Assembly (NCBI RefSeq): GCF_003334405.1
Contig: NZ_QOWM01000012.1
Strand: one strand, 5' to 3'
Length of the DNA: 64,000 bases
Source: Escherichia coli
GTDB lineage: Bacteria; Pseudomonadota; Gammaproteobacteria; Enterobacterales; Enterobacteriaceae
Shown here one piece after another: positions 61,766-64,000 of the stretch. The notes beneath the pieces were generated by a model, which ran no database searches, was not told the origin of the DNA, and saw only the letters and a program-made list of their open reading frames with translations. Numbering within the stretch: the stretch's first letter is position 1; every line of letters begins with the position of its first letter. Position numbers and translations under genes: made by a program.

Positions 61766-62680
61766 ATGAAAGCCACGTCGGAAGAACTCGCCATTTTTGT
61801 TTCGGTCGTCGAAAGCGGCAGCTTTAGCCGGGCAGCGGAACAATTAGGGCAAGCAAACTCAGCGGTAAGCCGGGCGGTGAAAAAGCTGGAGATGAAACTT
61901 GGCGTTAGCCTGCTTAATCGGACCACGCGACAACTTAGCCTGACGGAAGAAGGCGAGCGTTATTTTCGTCGCGTACAGTCAATTTTGCAGGAGATGGCAG
62001 CGGCAGAATCAGAAATTATGGAGACGCGTAATACACCGCGTGGACTGTTACGGATCGATGCCGCAACTCCAGTGGTGCTGCACTTTCTGATGCCGTTAAT
62101 TAAGCCTTTCCGTGAACGCTATCCGGAAGTCACTTTGTCGCTAGTCTCCTCCGAAACGATTATTAATTTGATCGAAAGAAAAGTGGATGTCGCGATACGC
62201 GCTGGTACGTTAACGGATTCCAGCTTACGTGCCAGGCCGTTATTTAACAGTTATCGAAAAATTATCGCCTCCCCCGATTATATTTCCCGCTACGGGAAGC
62301 CAGAAACGATCGACGATTTAAAGCAACATATTTGCCTGGGATTCACTGAACCCGCTTCCCTCAATACCTGGCCGATAGCCCGTAGCGATGGACAATTACA
62401 TGAGGTGAAGTACGGTTTGTCATCCAATAGTGGGGAAACACTGAAACAGCTTTGCCTGAGTGGCAACGGGATTGCGTGTTTGTCCGACTACATGATCGAC
62501 AAAGAAATCGCTCGCGGAGAATTGGTGGAGTTAATGGCAGATAAAGTGTTGCCAGTGGAAATGCCATTCAGTGCCGTCTATTACAGCGACCGTGCGGTAA
62601 GTACGCGCATCCGGGCTTTTATCGATTTCCTTAGCGAGCATGTAAAAACAGCTCCCGGAGGAGCTGTCAGAGAGGCTTAA
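61766..62680 (+). CDS. yafC: LysR-family transcriptional regulator
   Basis: N-terminal LysR HTH (..[32 protein letters not shown]..) and substrate-binding domain. Confidence 0.8.
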
Positions 62681-63480
62681 TCCCATTCAGGAGCCAGACC
62701 TTCCGGGCTAACCAGGCGGTCGTTGCAATCCAGTGCGGCGATCGCTTTTTTATCTTCGGCATCAAGCTGTAAATTTTGTGCCTTAAGATTACTTTCCAGG
62801 TTTTTACGTTTAGTAGAAGAAGGAATTACTGAGTAACCTTCCCCCATAGCCCACGCCAGAATCACTTGTGCCGGAGTCGCATTGTGTTTAGCTGCGATAC
62901 GAGCAATAACCTCATCTTTCAGGGCCTTACCATACGCCAGCGTCATATAGGAAGTAATATGGATGCCGTGCTGTTTAGCCCAGGCAACCACTTTACGGTT
63001 TTGCAGATAAGGAGAGAGTTCAATCTGGTTAGTAGCGATGTTTTCAGCACCAACAGCAGCAATCGCTTTTTCCATCAACGGGATCGTGAAGTTGGAAATA
63101 CCGATCTCACGCGTCAGCCCTTGTTTTTTGGCTTCCAGCAGCGCCTGCATAAACTCTTCAACAGAGACTTCATCGTTTGGTGACGGCCAGTGGATTAGCG
63201 TCAGATCAACATAATCGGTACGCAATTTTTGCAGGCTCTCTTTCAGACTTGGGATCAATTTGTCTTTGCTGAGATTTTCAATCCAGATTTTAGTGGTGAT
63301 GTAGAGTTCATGACGTGGCACGCCACTTTCTGCAATCGCCTGACCTACTGCGGCTTCGTTATCATAGATTTGTGCGGTATCAATTGCGCGATAACCAAGT
63401 TCAAGCGCCGTTATCACAGATGAAATAACAACGTCGTCTTTCAGACGGAAAGTACCTAAACCAAATGCAGGGATAGCCAT
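62677..63480 (-). CDS. dkgB: Aldo-keto reductase (2,5-diketo-D-gluconate reductase B-like)
   Basis: 267-aa ORF with aldo-keto reductase motifs (..[11 protein letters not shown].., ..LIHWP..). Confidence 0.85.
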
Positions 63481-63602
63481 AATATGCCTCTTTTAATGCT
63501 ATTTTCGTTAACTGAGGTGATTATGGGCTTCAGACTGTTGAGGAAAAAGAGCGTAAAATGCAGAGGATTTTTGCGATTCTGGCAATAATAGATATACAGA
63601 CG

Positions 63603-63634
63603 AAAAAAAACCTCGAGCGTTAACTCGAGGCTTC
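63603..63634 (-). terminator. Rho-independent terminator downstream of aspU / the rrn operon
   Basis: Minus strand cctcgagttaacgctcgagg followed by tttttttt. Confidence 0.6.
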
Positions 63635-63642
63635 TTAATAAG

Positions 63643-63719
63643 TGGCGGAACGGACGGGACTCGAACCCGCGACCCCCTGCGTGACAGGCAGGTATTCTAA
63701 CCGACTGAACTACCGCTCC
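63643..63719 (-). tRNA. aspU: tRNA-Asp (anticodon GUC), distal gene of an rrn operon
   Basis: Identical 77-nt tRNA-Asp sequence as at 55640-55716, 52 bp downstream of the 5S rRNA. Confidence 0.95.
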
Positions 63720-63771
63720 ACCGAATTCTTTTACAACCACCGGTTTTATGACCGGCTTACTGCTTAATTTG

Positions 63772-63891
63772 ATGCCTGGCAGTTCCCTACTCTCGCATGG
63801 GGAGACCCCACACTACCATCGGCGCTACGGCGTTTCACTTCTGAGTTCGGCATGGGGTCAGGTGGGACCACCGCGCTACGGCCGCCAGGCA
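63772..63891 (-). rRNA. rrfH: 5S ribosomal RNA
   Basis: Reverse complement reads TGCCTGGCGGCCGTAGCGCGGTGGTCCCACCTGACCCCATGCCGAACTCAGAAGTGAAACGCCGTAGCGCCGATGGTAGTGTGGGGTCTCCCCATGCGAGAGTAGGGAACTGCCAGGCAT (120 nt). Confidence 0.95.
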
Positions 63892-63983
63892 AATTCTGTT
63901 TTATCAGACCGCTTCTGCGTTCTGATTTAATCTGTATCAGGCTGAAAATCTTCTCTCATCCGCCAAAACAGCTTCGGCGTTGT

Positions 63984-64000
63984 AAGGTTAAGCCTCACGG
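63984..64000 (-). rRNA. rrlH: 3' terminus of 23S rRNA (partial, continues beyond the window)
   Basis: Reverse complement of aaggttaagcctcacgg is CCGTGAGGCTTAACCTT, the 23S 3' end, at the expected spacing from the 5S gene. Confidence 0.6.

Overview
The window reads as an Escherichia coli-type chromosome segment corresponding to the rrnH/aspU-dkgB ... dnaQ-aspV ... fadE-gmhA-yafJKQ-dinJ-yafL region, in reverse orientation on the + strand. Bases 1-33672 hold an apparently complete Flag-2-type lateral flagellar cluster (lafC/B/A, lafZ, lafW, lfgL-lfgB, lfgA/M/N, lfiJ-lfiE, lafK, lfiM/N/P/Q/R, lfhB, lfhA) with an embedded three-gene putative glycerol-phosphate/glycosyl modification island, many REP elements in its intergenic gaps, and recognisable sigma54 and sigma28-like promoter motifs. 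Downstream are rayT, yafL, dinJ-yafQ, yafK, yafJ, gmhA, fadE, ivy and yafV, then an H-repeat (ISAs1-family) transposase, an orphan Rhs C-terminal toxin tip with a candidate lipoprotein immunity gene, and a decayed type VI secretion remnant (5'-truncated clpV, vasI-like gene, C-terminal tssM fragment, VasL-like ImpA-domain gene, intact hcp) followed by an AT-rich putative effector/immunity pair and yafT. The window ends with aspV, dnaQ, rnhA, yafS, gloB, mltD, yafE, yafD, yafC, dkgB, aspU, a 5S rRNA and the 3' tip of a 23S rRNA. All calls come from reading the ORF translations and sequence motifs by eye; gene names rest on recalled family and locus knowledge, no database search was run, and start codons were adjusted by inspection.
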